Assembly (NCBI GenBank): GCA_030390025.1
Contig: JASTWF010000171.1
Coordinates: 496,001-560,000 of the forward strand
Source of the DNA: Squalus acanthias
Lineage: Eukaryota
Length of the DNA stretch: 64,000 bases
Direction: 5' to 3'
The notes under the pieces: model-generated
What the model was told of the DNA's origin: nothing
Databases searched by the model: none
Seen by the model: the letters and a program-made list of their open reading frames with translations, nothing else
Program-made: the position numbers and the translations under genes
Shown here: positions 25,001 through 38,300 of the stretch, piece by piece
Position numbering within the stretch: position 1 is the first letter of the stretch
How the letters are laid out: each line of letters begins with the position of its first letter

Positions 25001-28000
25001 GTCCTGATGTCTCTGTGTGTGGGGGGTTGGTGTTTTGGGGTCCATGCCCTGATGTCTGTGTGTGTGTGGGGGGTTGGTGTTTTGGGGTCCATGCCCTGAT
25101 GTCTGTGTGTGTGGGGGGTTGGTGTTTTGGGGTCCATGCCCTGATGTCTGTGTGTGTGGGGGGGTTGGTGTTTTGGGGTTCATGCCCTGATGTCTGTGTG
25201 TGGGGGTTTGGTGTTTTGGGGTTCATGCCCTGATGTCTCTGTGTGTGGGGGGTTGGTGTTTTGGGGTTCATGCCCTGATGTCTGTGTGTGTGGGGTTGGT
25301 GTTTTGGGGTTCATGCCCTGATGTCTCTGTGTGTGGGGTTGGTGTTTTGGGGTTCATGCCCTGATGTCTGTGTGTGTGTGGGGTTGGTGTTTTGGGGTTC
25401 ATGTCCTGATGTCTCTGTGTGTGGGGGGTTGGTGTTTTGGGGTTCATGTCCTGATGTCTGTGTGTGTGGGGTTGGTGTTTTGGGGTTCATGCCCTGATGT
25501 CTGTGTGTGTGTGGGGTTGGTGTTTTGGGGTTCATGTCCTGATGTCTGTGTGTGTGGGGTTGGTGTTTTGGGGTTCATGCCCTGATGTCTGTGTGTGGGG
25601 GGTTGGTGTTTTGGGGTTCATGCCCTGATGTCTGTGTGTGTGTGGGGGGTTGGTGTTCATGTCCTGATGTCTGTGTGTGTGGGGTTGGTGTTTTGGGGTT
25701 CATGCCCTGATGTCTGTGTGTGGGGGGTTGGTGTTTTGGGGTTCATGCCCTGATGTCTGTGTCTGTGTGTGTGGGGTTGGTGTTTTGGGGTTCATGTCCT
25801 GATGTCTCTGTGTGTGTGTGGGGTTGGTGTTTTGGGGTTCATGTCCTGATGTCTGTGTGTGGGGGGTTGGTGTTTTGGGGTTCATGCCCTGATGTCTGTG
25901 TGTGTGGGGAGTTGGTGTTTTGGGGTCCATGTCCTGATGTCTGTGTGTGGGGGGTTGGTGTTTTGGGGTTCATGTCCTGATGTCTGTGTGTGTGTGTGGG
26001 GTTGGTGTTTTGGGGTCCATGCCCTGATGTCTGTGTGTGGGGGGTTGGTGTTTTGGGGTCCATGCCCTGATGTCTGTGTGTGGGGGGGTTGGTGTTTTGG
26101 GGTTCATGTCCTGATGTCTGTGTGTGTGGGGTTGGTGTTTTGGGGTTCATGCCCTGATGTCTGTGTGTGTGGGGTTGGTGTTTTGGGGTTCATGCCCTGA
26201 TGTCTGTGTGTGGGGGGTTGGTGTTTTGGGGTTCATGCCCTGATGTCTGTGTCTGTGTGTGTGGGGTTGGTGTTTTGGGGTTCATGTCCTGATGTCTGTG
26301 TGTGTGGGGGGTTGGTGTTTTGGGGTTCATGCCCTGATGTCTGTGTGTGTGGGGGGTTGGTGTTCATGTCCTGATGTCTGTGTGTGTGGGTTTGGTGTTT
26401 TGGGGTTCATGCTCTGATGTCTGTGTGTGTGTGGGCTTGGTGTTTTGGGGTTCACAGAATCACAGAATCCCCACAGTGCAGATAGAGGCCATTTCGGCCC
26501 ATCGAGCCTGCACCAACACATATCCCATCCTATCCCCGTAACCCCACGTATTTAATCCCCCCCTCACACTGAGGGTCAATTTATCGTAGCCAAATCAACC
26601 TAACCCGCACATCTTTGGACTGTGGGAGGAAACCGGAGCACCCGGAGGAAACCCACGCAGACACGGGGAGAATGTGCAAACTCCACACAGACAGTCACCC
26701 GTGGCCGGATTCGTACCGGGTCCCTGGCGCTGTGAGGCAACAGGGCTAACCACTATGCCATCGTGTTGCCCTGATGTTTCTGTGTGTGTGTTGGGTTGGT
26801 GTTTTGGGGTTCATGCCCTGAAGCGTATGTGTGTGTGTGTGGGGTTGGTATATTGGGGTTCATGCCCTGATGTTCCTGTGTGGTGGGGGTTGGTGTTTTG
26901 GGGTTCATGCCCTGATGTCTGTGTGTGTGTGGTTGGTGTTTTGGGCTTCATGTCCTGATGTCTGTGTGTGTGTGTGTGTGTGTGTGTGGTTGGTGTTTTG
27001 GGGTTCATGTCCTGATGTCTGTGTGTGGGTGGTTGGTGTTTTGGGGTTCATGTCCTGATGTCTGTGTGTGTGGGGTTGGTGTTTTGGGGTTCATGTCCTG
27101 ATGTCTGTGTGTGTGGGGTTGGTGTTTTGGGGTTCATGTCCTGATGTCTGTGTGTGTGGGGTTGGTGTTTTGGGGTTCACGCCCTGATGTCTGTGTGTGT
27201 GGGGTTGGTGTTTTGGGGTTCACGCCCTGATGTCTGTGTGTGTGGGGTTGGTGTTTTGGGGTTCATGCCCTGATGTCTCTGTGTGTGTGGTTGGTGTTTT
27301 GGGGTTCATGCCCTGATGTCTGTGTGTGTGGGGTTGGTGTTTTGGGGTTCATGCCCTGATGTCTGTGTGTGTGGGGGGTTGGTGTTTTGGGGTTCATGTC
27401 CTGATGTCTGTGTGTGTGTGGGGTTGGTGTTTTGGGGTTCATGCCCTGATGTCTGTGTGTGTGTGGGGGGTTGGTGTTTTGGGGTTCATGCCCTGATGTC
27501 TGTGTGTGTGGGGGGTTGGTGTTTTGGGGTTCATGTCCTGATGTCTGTGTGTGTGTGGGGGGTTGGTGTTTTGGGGTTCATGTCCTGATGTCTGTGTGTG
27601 TGTGGGGTTGGTGTTTTGGGGTTCATGTCCTGATGTCTCTGTGTGTGTGTGGGGTTGGTGTTTTGGGGTTCATGTCCTGATGTCTGTGTGTGTGTGGGGG
27701 GTTGGTGTTTTGGGGTTCATGTCCTGATGTCTGTGTGTGTGTGGGGTTGGTGTTTTGGGGTTCATGTCCTGATGTCTCTGTGTGTGGGGGGTTGGTGTTT
27801 TGGGGTTCATGTCCTGATGTCTGTGTGTGTGGGGTTGGTGTTTTGGGGTTCATGCCCTGATGTCTGTGTGTGTGTGGGGTTGGTGTTTTGGGGTTCATGT
27901 CCTGATGTCTGTGTGTGTGGGGTTGGTGTTTTGGGGTTCATGCCCTGATGTCTGTGTGTGGGGGGTTGGTGTTTTGGGGTTCATGCCCTGATGTCTGTGT

Positions 28001-29323
28001 GTGTGTGGGGGGTTGGTGTTCATGTCCTGATGTCTGTGTGTGTGGGGTTGGTGTTTTGGGGTTCATGCCCTGATGTCTGTGTGTGGGGGGTTGGTGTTTT
28101 GGGGTTCATGCCCTGATGTCTGTGTCTGTGTGTGTGGGGTTGGTGTTTTGGGGTTCATGTCCTGATGTCTCTGTGTGTGTGTGGGGTTGGTGTTTTGGGG
28201 TTCATGTCCTGATGTCTGTGTGTGGGGGGGTTGGTGTTTTGGGGTTCATGCCCTGATGTCTGTGTGTGTGGGGAGTTGGTGTTTTGGGGTCCATGTCCTG
28301 ATGTCTGTGTGTGGGGGGTTGGTGTTTTGGGGTTCATGTCCTGATGTCTGTGTGTGTGTGTGGGGTTGGTGTTTTGGGGTCCATGCCCTGATGTCTGTGT
28401 GTGGGGGGTTGGTGTTTTGGGGTCCATGCCCTGATGTCTGTGTGTGGGGGGGGTTGGTGTTTTGGGGTTCATGTCCTGATGTCTGTGTGTGTGGGGTTGG
28501 TGTTTTGGGGTTCATGCCCTGATGTCTGTGTGTGTGGGGTTGGTGTTTTGGGGTTCATGCCCTGATGTCTGTGTGTGGGGGGTTGGTGTTTTGGGGTTCA
28601 TGCCCTGATGTCTGTGTCTGTGTGTGTGGGGTTGGTGTTTTGGGGTTCATGTCCTGATGTCTGTGTGTGTGGGGGGTTGGTGTTTTGGGGTTCATGCCCT
28701 GATGTCTGTGTGTGTGGGGGGTTGGTGTTCATGTCCTGATGTCTGTGTGTGTGGGTTTGGTGTTTTGGGGTTCATGCTCTGATGTCTGTGTGTGTGTGGG
28801 CTTGGTGTTTTGGGGTTCACAGAATCACAGAATCCCCACAGTGCAGATAGAGGCCATTTCGGCCCATCGAGCCTGCACCAACACATATCCCATCCTATCC
28901 CCGTAACCCCACGTATTTAATCCCCCCCTCACACTGAGGGTCAATTTATCGTAGCCAAATCAACCTAACCCGCACATCTTTGGACTGTGGGAGGAAACCG
29001 GAGCACCCGGAGGAAACCCACGCAGACACGGGGAGAATGTGCAAACTCCACACAGACAGTCACCCGTGGCCGGATTCGTACCGGGTCCCTGGCGCTGTGA
29101 GGCAACAGGGCTAACCACTATGCCATCGTGTTGCCCTGATGTTTCTGTGTGTGTGTTGGGTTGGTGTTTTGGGGTTCATGCCCTGAAGCGTATGTGTGTG
29201 TGTGTGGGGTTGGTATATTGGGGTTCATGCCCTGATGTTCCTGTGTGGTGGGGGTTGGTGTTTTGGGGTTCATGCCCTGATGTCTGTGTGTGTGTGGTTG
29301 GTGTTTTTGGCTTCATGTCCTGA

Positions 29324-29355
<32 letters not shown>

Positions 29356-32300
29356 GTTGGTGTTTTGGGGTTCATGTCCTGATGTCTGTGTGTGGGTGGT
29401 TGGTGTTTTGGGGTTCATGCCCTGATGTCTCTGTGTGTGGGGTTGGTGTTTTGGGGTTCATGCCCTGATGTCTGTGTGTGTGTGGGGTTGGTGTTTTGGG
29501 GTTCATGTCCTGATGTCTGTGTGTGTGGGGTTGGTGTTTTGGGGTTCATGCCCTGATGTCTCTGTGTGTGGGGTTGGTGTTTTGGGGTTCATGCCCTGAT
29601 GTCTGTGTGTGTGTGGGGTTGGTGTTTTGGGGTTCATGTCCTGATGTCTCTGTGTGTGGGGGGTTGGTGTTTTGGGGTTCATGTCCTGATGTCTGTGTGT
29701 GTGGGGTTGGTGTTTTGGGGTTCATGCCCTGATGTCTGTGTGTGTGTGGGGTTGGTGTTTTGGGGTTCATGTCCTGATGTCTGTGTGTGGGGGGTTGGTG
29801 TTTTGGGGTTCATGCCCTGATGTCTGTGTGTGTGTGGGGGGTTGGTGTTCATGTCCTGATGTCTGTGTGTGTGGGGTTGGTGTTTTGGGGTTCATGCCCT
29901 GATGTCTGTGTGTGGGGGGTTGGTGTTTTGGGGTTCATGCCCTGATGTCTGTGTCTGTGTGTGTGGGGTTGGTGTTTTGGGGTTCATGTCCTGATGTCTC
30001 TGTGTGTGTGTGGGGTTGGTGTTTTGGGGTTCATGTCCTGATGTCTGTGTGTGGGGGGTTGGTGTTTTGGGGTTCATGCCCTGATGTCTGTGTGTGTGGG
30101 GAGTTGGTGTTTTGGGGTCCATGTCCTGATGTCTGTGTGTGGGGGGTTGGTGTTTTGGGGTTCATGTCCTGATGTCTGTGTGTGTGTGTGGGGTTGGTGT
30201 TTTGGGGTTCATGTCCTGATGTCTGTGTGTGTGTGGGGGGTTGGTGTTTTGGGGTTCATGTCCTGATGTCTGTGTGTGTGTGGGGGTTGGTGTTTTGGGG
30301 TTCATGTCCTGATGTCTGTGTGTGTGTGGGGGGTTGGTGTTTTGAGGTTCATGCCCTGATGTCTGTGTGTGGGGGGTTGGTGTTTTGGGGTCCATGCCCT
30401 GATGTCTGTGTGTGGGGGGGTTGGTGTTTTGGGGTTCATGTCCTGATGTCTGTGTGTGTGGGGTTGGTGTTTTGGGGTTCATGCCCTGATGTCTGTGTGT
30501 GTGGGGTTGGTGTTTTGGGGTTCATGCCCTGATGTCTGTGTGTGGGGGGTTGGTGTTTTGGGGTTCATGCCCTGATGTCTGTGTCTGTGTGTGTGGGGTT
30601 GGTGTTTTGGGGTTCATGTCCTGATGTCTGTGTGTGTGGGGGGTTGGTGTTTTGGGGTTCATGCCCTGATGTCTGTGTGTGTGGGGGGTTGGTGTTCATG
30701 TCCTGATGTCTGTGTGTGTGGGTTTGGTGTTTTGGGGTTCATGCTCTGATGTCTGTGTGTGTGTGGGCTTGGTGTTTTGGGGTTCACAGAATCACAGAAT
30801 CCGCACAGTGCAGATAGAGGCCATTTCGGCCCATCGAGCCTGCACCAACACATATCCCATCCTATCCCCGTAACCCCACGTATTTAATCCCCCCCTCACA
30901 CTGAGGGTCAATTTATCGTAGCCAAATCAACCTAACCCGCACATCTTTGGACTGTGGGAGGAAACCGGAGCACCCGGAGGAAACCCACGCAGACACGGGG
31001 AGAATGTGCAAACTCCACACAGACAGTCACCCGTGGCCGGATTCGTACCGGGTCCCTGGCGCTGTGAGGCAACAGGGCTAACCACTATGCCATCGTGTTG
31101 CCCTGATGTTTCTGTGTGTGTGTTGGGTTGGTGTTTTGGGGTTCATGCCCTGAAGCGTATGTGTGTGTGTGTGGGGTTGGTATATTGGGGTTCATGCCCT
31201 GATGTTCCTGTGTGGTGGGGGTTGGTGTTTTGGGGTTCATGCCCTGATGTCTGTGTGTGTGTGGTTGGTGTTTTTGGCTTCATGTCCTGATGTCTGTGTG
31301 TGTGTGTGTGTGTGTGTGTGGTTGGTGTTTTGGGGTTCATGTCCTGATGTCTGTGTGTGGGTGGTTGGTGTTTTGGGGTTCATGTCCTGATGTCTGTGTG
31401 TGTGGGGTTGGTGTTTTGGGGTTCATGTCCTGATGTCTGTGTGTGTGGGGTTGGTGTTTTGGGGTTCATGTCCTGATGTCTGTGTGTGTGGGGTTGGTGT
31501 TTTGGGGTTCACGCCCTGATGTCTGTGTGTGTGGGGTTGGTGTTTTGGGGTTCACGCCCTGATGTCTGTGTGTGTGGGGTTGGTGTTTTGGGGTTCATGC
31601 CCTGATGTCTCTGTGTGTGTGGTTGGTGTTTTGGGGTTCATGCCCTGATGTCTGTGTGTGTGGGGTTGGTGTTTTGGGGTTCATGCCCTGATGTCTGTGT
31701 GTGTGGGGGGTTGGTGTTTTGGGGTTCATGTCCTGATGTCTGTGTGTGTGTGGGGTTGGTGTTTTGGGGTTCATGCCCTGATGTCTGTGTGTGTGTGGGG
31801 GGTTGGTGTTTTGGGGTTCATGCCCTGATGTCTGTGTGTGTGGGGGGTTGGTGTTTTGGGGTTCATGTCCTGATGTCTGTGTGTGTGTGGGGGGTTGGTG
31901 TTTTGGGGTTCATGTCCTGATGTCTGTGTGTGTGTGGGGTTGGTGTTTTGGGGTTCATGTCCTGATGTCTCTGTGTGTGTGTGGGGTTGGTGTTTTGGGG
32001 TTCATGTCCTGATGTCTGTGTGTGTGTGGGGGGTTGGTGTTTTGGGGTTCATGTCCTGATGTCTGTGTGTGTGTGGGGTTGGTGTTTTGGGGTTCATGTC
32101 CTGATGTCTCTGTGTGTGGGGGGTTGGTGTTTTGGGGTTCATGTCCTGATGTCTGTGTGTGTGGGGTTGGTGTTTTGGGGTTCATGCCCTGATGTCTGTG
32201 TGTGTGTGGGGTTGGTGTTTTGGGGTTCATGTCCTGATGTCTGTGTGTGTGGGGTTGGTGTTTTGGGGTTCATGCCCTGATGTCTGTGTGTGGGGGGTTG

Positions 32301-35300
32301 GTGTTTTGGGGTTCATGCCCTGATGTCTGTGTGTGTGTGGGGGGTTGGTGTTCATGTCCTGATGTCTGTGTGTGTGGGGTTGGTGTTTTGGGGTTCATGC
32401 CCTGATGTCTGTGTGTGGGGGGTTGGTGTTTTGGGGTTCATGCCCTGATGTCTGTGTCTGTGTGTGTGGGGTTGGTGTTTTGGGGTTCATGTCCTGATGT
32501 CTCTGTGTGTGTGTGGGGTTGGTGTTTTGGGGTTCATGTCCTGATGTCTGTGTGTGGGGGGTTGGTGTTTTGGGGTTCATGCCCTGATGTCTGTGTGTGT
32601 GGGGAGTTGGTGTTTTGGGGTCCATGTCCTGATGTCTGTGTGTGGGGGGTTGGTGTTTTGGGGTTCATGTCCTGATGTCTGTGTGTGTGTGTGGGGTTGG
32701 TGTTTTGGGGTCCATGCCCTGATGTCTGTGTGTGGGGGGTTGGTGTTTTGGGGTCCATGCCCTGATGTCTGTGTGTGGGGGGGTTGGTGTTTTGGGGTTC
32801 ATGTCCTGATGTCTGTGTGTGTGGGGTTGGTGTTTTGGGGTTCATGCCCTGATGTCTGTGTGTGTGGGGTTGGTGTTTTGGGGTTCATGCCCTGATGTCT
32901 GTGTGTGGGGGGTTGGTGTTTTGGGGTTCATGCCCTGATGTCTGTGTCTGTGTGTGTGGGGTTGGTGTTTTGGGGTTCATGTCCTGATGTCTGTGTGTGT
33001 GGGGGGTTGGTGTTTTGGGGTTCATGCCCTGATGTCTGTGTGTGTGGGGGGTTGGTGTTCATGTCCTGATGTCTGTGTGTGTGGGTTTGGTGTTTTGGGG
33101 TTCATGCTCTGATGTCTGTGTGTGTGTGGGCTTGGTGTTTTGGGGTTCACAGAATCACAGAATCCCCACAGTGCAGATAGAGGCCATTTCGGCCCATCGA
33201 GCCTGCACCAACACATATCCCATCCTATCCCCGTAACCCCACGTATTTAATCCCCCCCTCACACTGAGGGTCAATTTATCGTAGCCAAATCAACCTAACC
33301 CGCACATCTTTGGACTGTGGGAGGAAACCGGAGCACCCGGAGGAAACCCACGCAGACACGGGGAGAATGTGCAAACTCCACACAGACAGTCACCCGTGGC
33401 CGGATTCGTACCGGGTCCCTGGCGCTGTGAGGCAACAGGGCTAACCACTATGCCATCGTGTTGCCCTGATGTTTCTGTGTGTGTGTTGGGTTGGTGTTTT
33501 GGGGTTCATGCCCTGAAGCGTATGTGTGTGTGTGTGGGGTTGGTATATTGGGGTTCATGCCCTGATGTTCCTGTGTGGTGGGGGTTGGTGTTTTGGGGTT
33601 CATGCCCTGATGTCTGTGTGTGTGTGGTTGGTGTTTTTGGCTTCATGTCCTGATGTCTGTGTGTGTGTGTGTGTGTGTGTGTGGTTGGTGTTTTGGGGTT
33701 CATGTCCTGATGTCTGTGTGTGGGTGGTTGGTGTTTTGGGGTTCATGTCCTGATGTCTGTGTGTGTGGGGTTGGTGTTTTGGGGTTCATGTCCTGATGTC
33801 TGTGTGTGTGGGGTTGGTGTTTTGGGGTTCATGTCCTGATGTCTGTGTGTGTGGGGTTGGTGTTTTGGGGTTCACGCCCTGATGTCTGTGTGTGTGGGGT
33901 TGGTGTTTTGGGGTTCACGCCCTGATGTCTGTGTGTGTGGGGTTGGTGTTTTGGGGTTCATGCCCTGATGTCTCTGTGTGTGTGGTTGGTGTTTTGGGGT
34001 TCATGCCCTGATGTCTGTGTGTGGGGGGTTGGTGTTTTGGGGTTCATGTCCTGATGTCTGTGTGTGTGTGGGGTTGGTGTTTTGGGGTTCATGCCCTGAT
34101 GTCTGTGTGTGTGTGGGGGGTTGGTGTTTTGGGGTTCATGCCCTGATGTCTGTGTGTGTGGGGGGTTGGTGTTTTGGGGTTCATGTCCTGATGTCTGTGT
34201 GTGTGTGGGGGGTTGGTGTTTTGGGGTTCATGTCCTGATGTCTGTGTGTGTGTGGGGTTGGTGTTTTGGGGTTCATGTCCTGATGTCTCTGTGTGTGTGT
34301 GGGGTTGGTGTTTTGGGGTTCATGTCCTGATGTCTCTGTGTGTGTGTGGGGTTGGTGTTTTGGGGTTCATGTCCTGATGTCTGTGTGTGTGTGGGGGTTG
34401 GTGTTTTGGGGTTCATGTCCTGATGTCTGTGTGTGTGTGGGGTTGGTGTTTTGGGGTTCATGTCCTGATGTCTCTGTGTGTGTGGGTTTGGTGTTTTGTG
34501 GTTCATGCCCTGATGTCTGTGTGTGTGTGAGGTTGGTGTTTTGGGGTTCATGTCCTGATATCTCTGTGTGTGTGGGTTTGGTGTTTTGGGGTTCATGCCC
34601 TGATGTCTGTGTGTGTGGGGGGGTTGGTGTTTTGGGGTTCATGTCCTGATGTCTGTGTGTGGGGGGTTGGTGTTTTGGGGTTCATGCCCTGATGTCTGTG
34701 TGTGTGGGGAGTTGGTGTTTTGGGGTTCATGTCCTGATGTCTGTGTGTGTGTGGGGGGTTGGTGTTTTGGGGTTCATGCCCTGATGTCTGTGTGTGTGTG
34801 GGGAGTTGGTGTTTTGGGGTTCATGTCCTGATGTCTGTGTGTGGGGGGTTGGTGTTTTGGGGTCCATGTCCTGATGTCTGTGTGTGGGGGGTTGGTGTTT
34901 TGGGGTTCATGCCCTGATGTCTGTGTGTGGGTGGTTGGTGTTTTGGGGTTCATGCCCTGATGTCTGTGTGTGTGGGGAGTTGGTGTTTGGGGGTTCATGT
35001 CCTGATGTCTGTGTGTGTGGGGTTGGTGTTTTGGGGTTCATGTCCTGATATCTGTGTGTGTGTGGGGGTTGGTGTTTTGGGGTTCATGCCCTGATGTCTG
35101 TGTGTGTGGGGGGTTGGTGTTTTGGGGTTCATGCCCTGATGTCTGTGTGTGTGGGGGGTTGGTGTTTTGGGGTTCATGCCCTGATGTCTGTGTGTGTGGG
35201 GGGTTGGTGTTTTGGGGTTCATGCCCTGATGTCTGTGTGTGGGGGGTTGGTGTTTTGGGGTTCATGCTCTGATGTCTGTGTGTGTGTGGGGGGTTGGTGT

Positions 35301-38300
35301 TTTGGGGTTCATGCCCTGATGTCTGTGTGTGTGGTTGGTGTTTTGGGGTTCATGCCCTGATGTCTGTGTGTGTGGGGGGTTGGTGTTTTGGGGTTCATGT
35401 CCTGATGTCTGTGTGTGGGGGGGTTGGTGTTTTGGGGTTCATGCCCTGATGTCTGTGTGTGGGGGGTTGGTGTTTTGGGGTTCATGTCCTGATGTCTGTG
35501 TGTGCGGGGGGTTGGTGTTCATGTCCTGATGTCTGTGTGTGTGGGTTTGGTGTTTTGGGGTTCATGCTCTGATGTCTGTGTGTGTGTGGGCTTGGTGTTT
35601 TGGGGTTCACAGAATCACAGAATCCCCACAGTGCAGATAGAGGCCATTTCGGCCCATCGAGCCTGCACCAACACATATCCCATCCTATCCCCGTAACCCC
35701 ACGTATTTAATCCCCCCCTCACACTGAGGGTCAATTTATCGTAGCCAAATCAACCTAACCCGCACATCTTTGGACTGTGGGAGGAAACCGGAGCACCCGG
35801 AGGAAACCCACGCAGACACGGGGAGAATGTGCAAACTCCACACAGACAGTCACCCGTGGCCGGATTCGTACCGGGTCCCTGGCGCTGTGAGGCAACAGGG
35901 CTAACCACTATGCCATCGTGTTGCCCTGATGTTTCTGTGTGTGTGTTGGGTTGGTGTTTTGGGGTTCATGCCCTGAAGCGTATGTGTGTGTGTGTGGGGT
36001 TGGTATATTGGGGTTCATGTCCTGATGTCTCTGTGTGGGGGGTTGGTGTTTTGGGGTTCATGCCCTGATGTCTCTGTGTGTGTGTGGGGTTGGTGTTTTG
36101 GGGTTCATGTCCTGATGTCTCTGTGTGGGGGGTTGGTGTTTTGGGGTTCATGTCCTGATGTCTGTGTGTGTGTGTGTGGTTGGTGTTTTGGGGTTCATGT
36201 CCTGATGTCTGTATGTGTGGGGGGTTGGTGTTCTGGGGTTCTTGCCCTGATGTCTCTCTCTCTCTCTGTGTTTCAGGTTCTCACTCTCTCCGGTATTTCC
36301 TTACCACCATAACTCCAATTCCCGGTCTGCCGCAGTTTGTGGGTGTCGGGTATGTGGACGAGGTCCAGTTTGTTATGTACGACAGTGATCGGAAGGAGTT
36401 GATCCCGAGGGAGCAGTGGATGGTGGAGAGTGAGGGGCCCGAGTCCTGGCAGCGGAAATTTCAGCTCGCTCAGGAACGGGAGGTGTATCACAAGGCACAG
36501 ATTCAGATGCTCATGACCCGGACCAACCAGTCGGGAGGTGAGTCCTCGCCCTCCCGCCGCGATCGGGCTCTTTCTCTGGGTTGAGGGTGGCCGGGTGGGA
36601 ATGGGGAGCGAGCTGTGGAGTGGAGCGAGCTCAGGGAGCCAGGGTCCCCGGGAAAAGAGGCACTCCATCTCCCAGACCAGGGGCAGCGACCAATGGGGAG
36701 CGGCCTCACATCAGTCCTTTAATTACACAGATCAGGAACCGAGGGGTGGGGGTGGAGGCCCCTTTAAATATTTAGATCAGGAATTGGGGGGTCCTTCAAA
36801 TTTATATCCCATGTTCTTTGGTTCCTTTTATTAGAAATCAATGTCTTTAGTCTTTTAAAATGCAGATTGGTTTTCGGTGTTTTTAGTTCATAGCTCGGGT
36901 TCCGGGGGTTCTTTAAATGCACAGATCTGGAAACAGGCGGGGGGGATCCTTTAAATACCGCCTGCTTCCCAGGTGTGTCTGACCAGCTGAGGGACAGTGG
37001 GGCGGGTCTCCCGGTGGGACTGAGTCTGATTGGCTGTGTGTGTGTTTGATCGACAGGGATCCACACGTACCAGGTGATGATTGGCTGTGACCTGAGGGAC
37101 GATGGGACCACGAGCGGGTTTGTCCAGTTCGGCTGGGACGGGCGAGACCTCATCAGCTTCGACAAGGATCACCTGGTGTGGGTCACTCCGGTCCTATGGG
37201 GAGAGAGCATCAAGAACAGGAAGGACCAGGACACAGTCGGCAACCTGGGGTGGAAGAATTACCTGGAGGTGGAGTGTATCGAGTGGCTGAGGAAATACCT
37301 GCAGTACGGACAGCGGGGACTGAGAGTGGGTGAGTGAGGGGGGACTGAGAGTGGGCGAGTGAGGGGGGACTGAGAGTGGGCGAGTGAGGTGCAGTGACTC
37401 TCGATATCGCGGTTCCTTTACTAAATCCTCTTTCTTTCTCTCTCAGTCCCACCCATCGTGTCCTTTATCCGTCCGGGGGAAGCTAACCGCCTCTTCTGTG
37501 TCGTCACCGGGTTTTACCCGCAAGCCATCGAGGTGACTCTGTGGAGAGATGGAATGTTGGTCGATGAGACTCAGTCCAGTGGGATCCTGCCCAATCACGA
37601 CAGCACCTACCAGATCCAGAAATGGGTGGAGTTTGACCCCAAGGACCAGGCTGAGTATTCCTGTCAGGTGGAGCACAGTGGGCTGGAGGAGATGGTGATG
37701 GTGATTTATGGTAAGACTCTCTCTCACTGTTAGAGGGGACCCAGCCTGGGACAGACCCACAAGGGGGAGGGTCAGTGCTGAGCTCCCAGCCTGGGACAGA
37801 CCCACAGGAGGGAGGGTCAGTGCTGAGCTCCCAGCCCAGGACAGGCCCACAGGAGGGAGGGTCAGTGCTGAGCTCCCAGCCCGGGACAGACCCACAGGAG
37901 GGAGGGTCAGTGCTGAGCTCCCAGCCTCGGGACAGACCCACAGGAGGGAGGGTCAGTGCTGAGCTCCCAGCCTGGGACAGACCCACAGGAGGGAGGGTCA
38001 GTGCTGAGCTCCCAGCCCAGGACAGGCCCACAGGAGGGAGGGTCAGTGCTGAGCTCCCAGCCCGGGACAGACCCACAGGAGGGAGGGTCAGTGCTGAGCT
38101 CCCAGCCTCGGGACAGACCCACAGGAGGGAGGGTCAGTGCTGAGCTCCCAGCCCGGGACAGGCCCACAGGAGGGAGGGTCAGTGCTGAGCTCCCAGCCTG
38201 GGACAGACCCACAGGAGGGAGGGTCAGTGCTGAGCTCCCAGCCTGGGACAGACCCACAGGAGGGAGGGTCAGTGCTGAGCTCCCAGCCCGGGACAGACCC

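Larger units (their letters stand above)
14761..36262. repeat. About 21.5-kb compound minisatellite, monomer gg(g)nttggtgttttggggttcatgYcctgatgtct(gt)n of ~43-47 bp, roughly 430-440 units, with higher-order repeats
   Basis: Directly visible; unit count estimated from length. Confidence 0.98.

Noticed and set aside
14761-36262. Telomeric repeat or immunoglobulin switch region
   Set aside because: No TTAGGG units, no AGCT motifs in the monomer and no Ig gene segments
14560-36312. Numerous Cys/Val/Gly/Trp-rich and Thr/Pro/His-rich ORFs
   Set aside because: Translations of the minisatellite on both strands; frames shift with (gt)n length; they lie in intron 1
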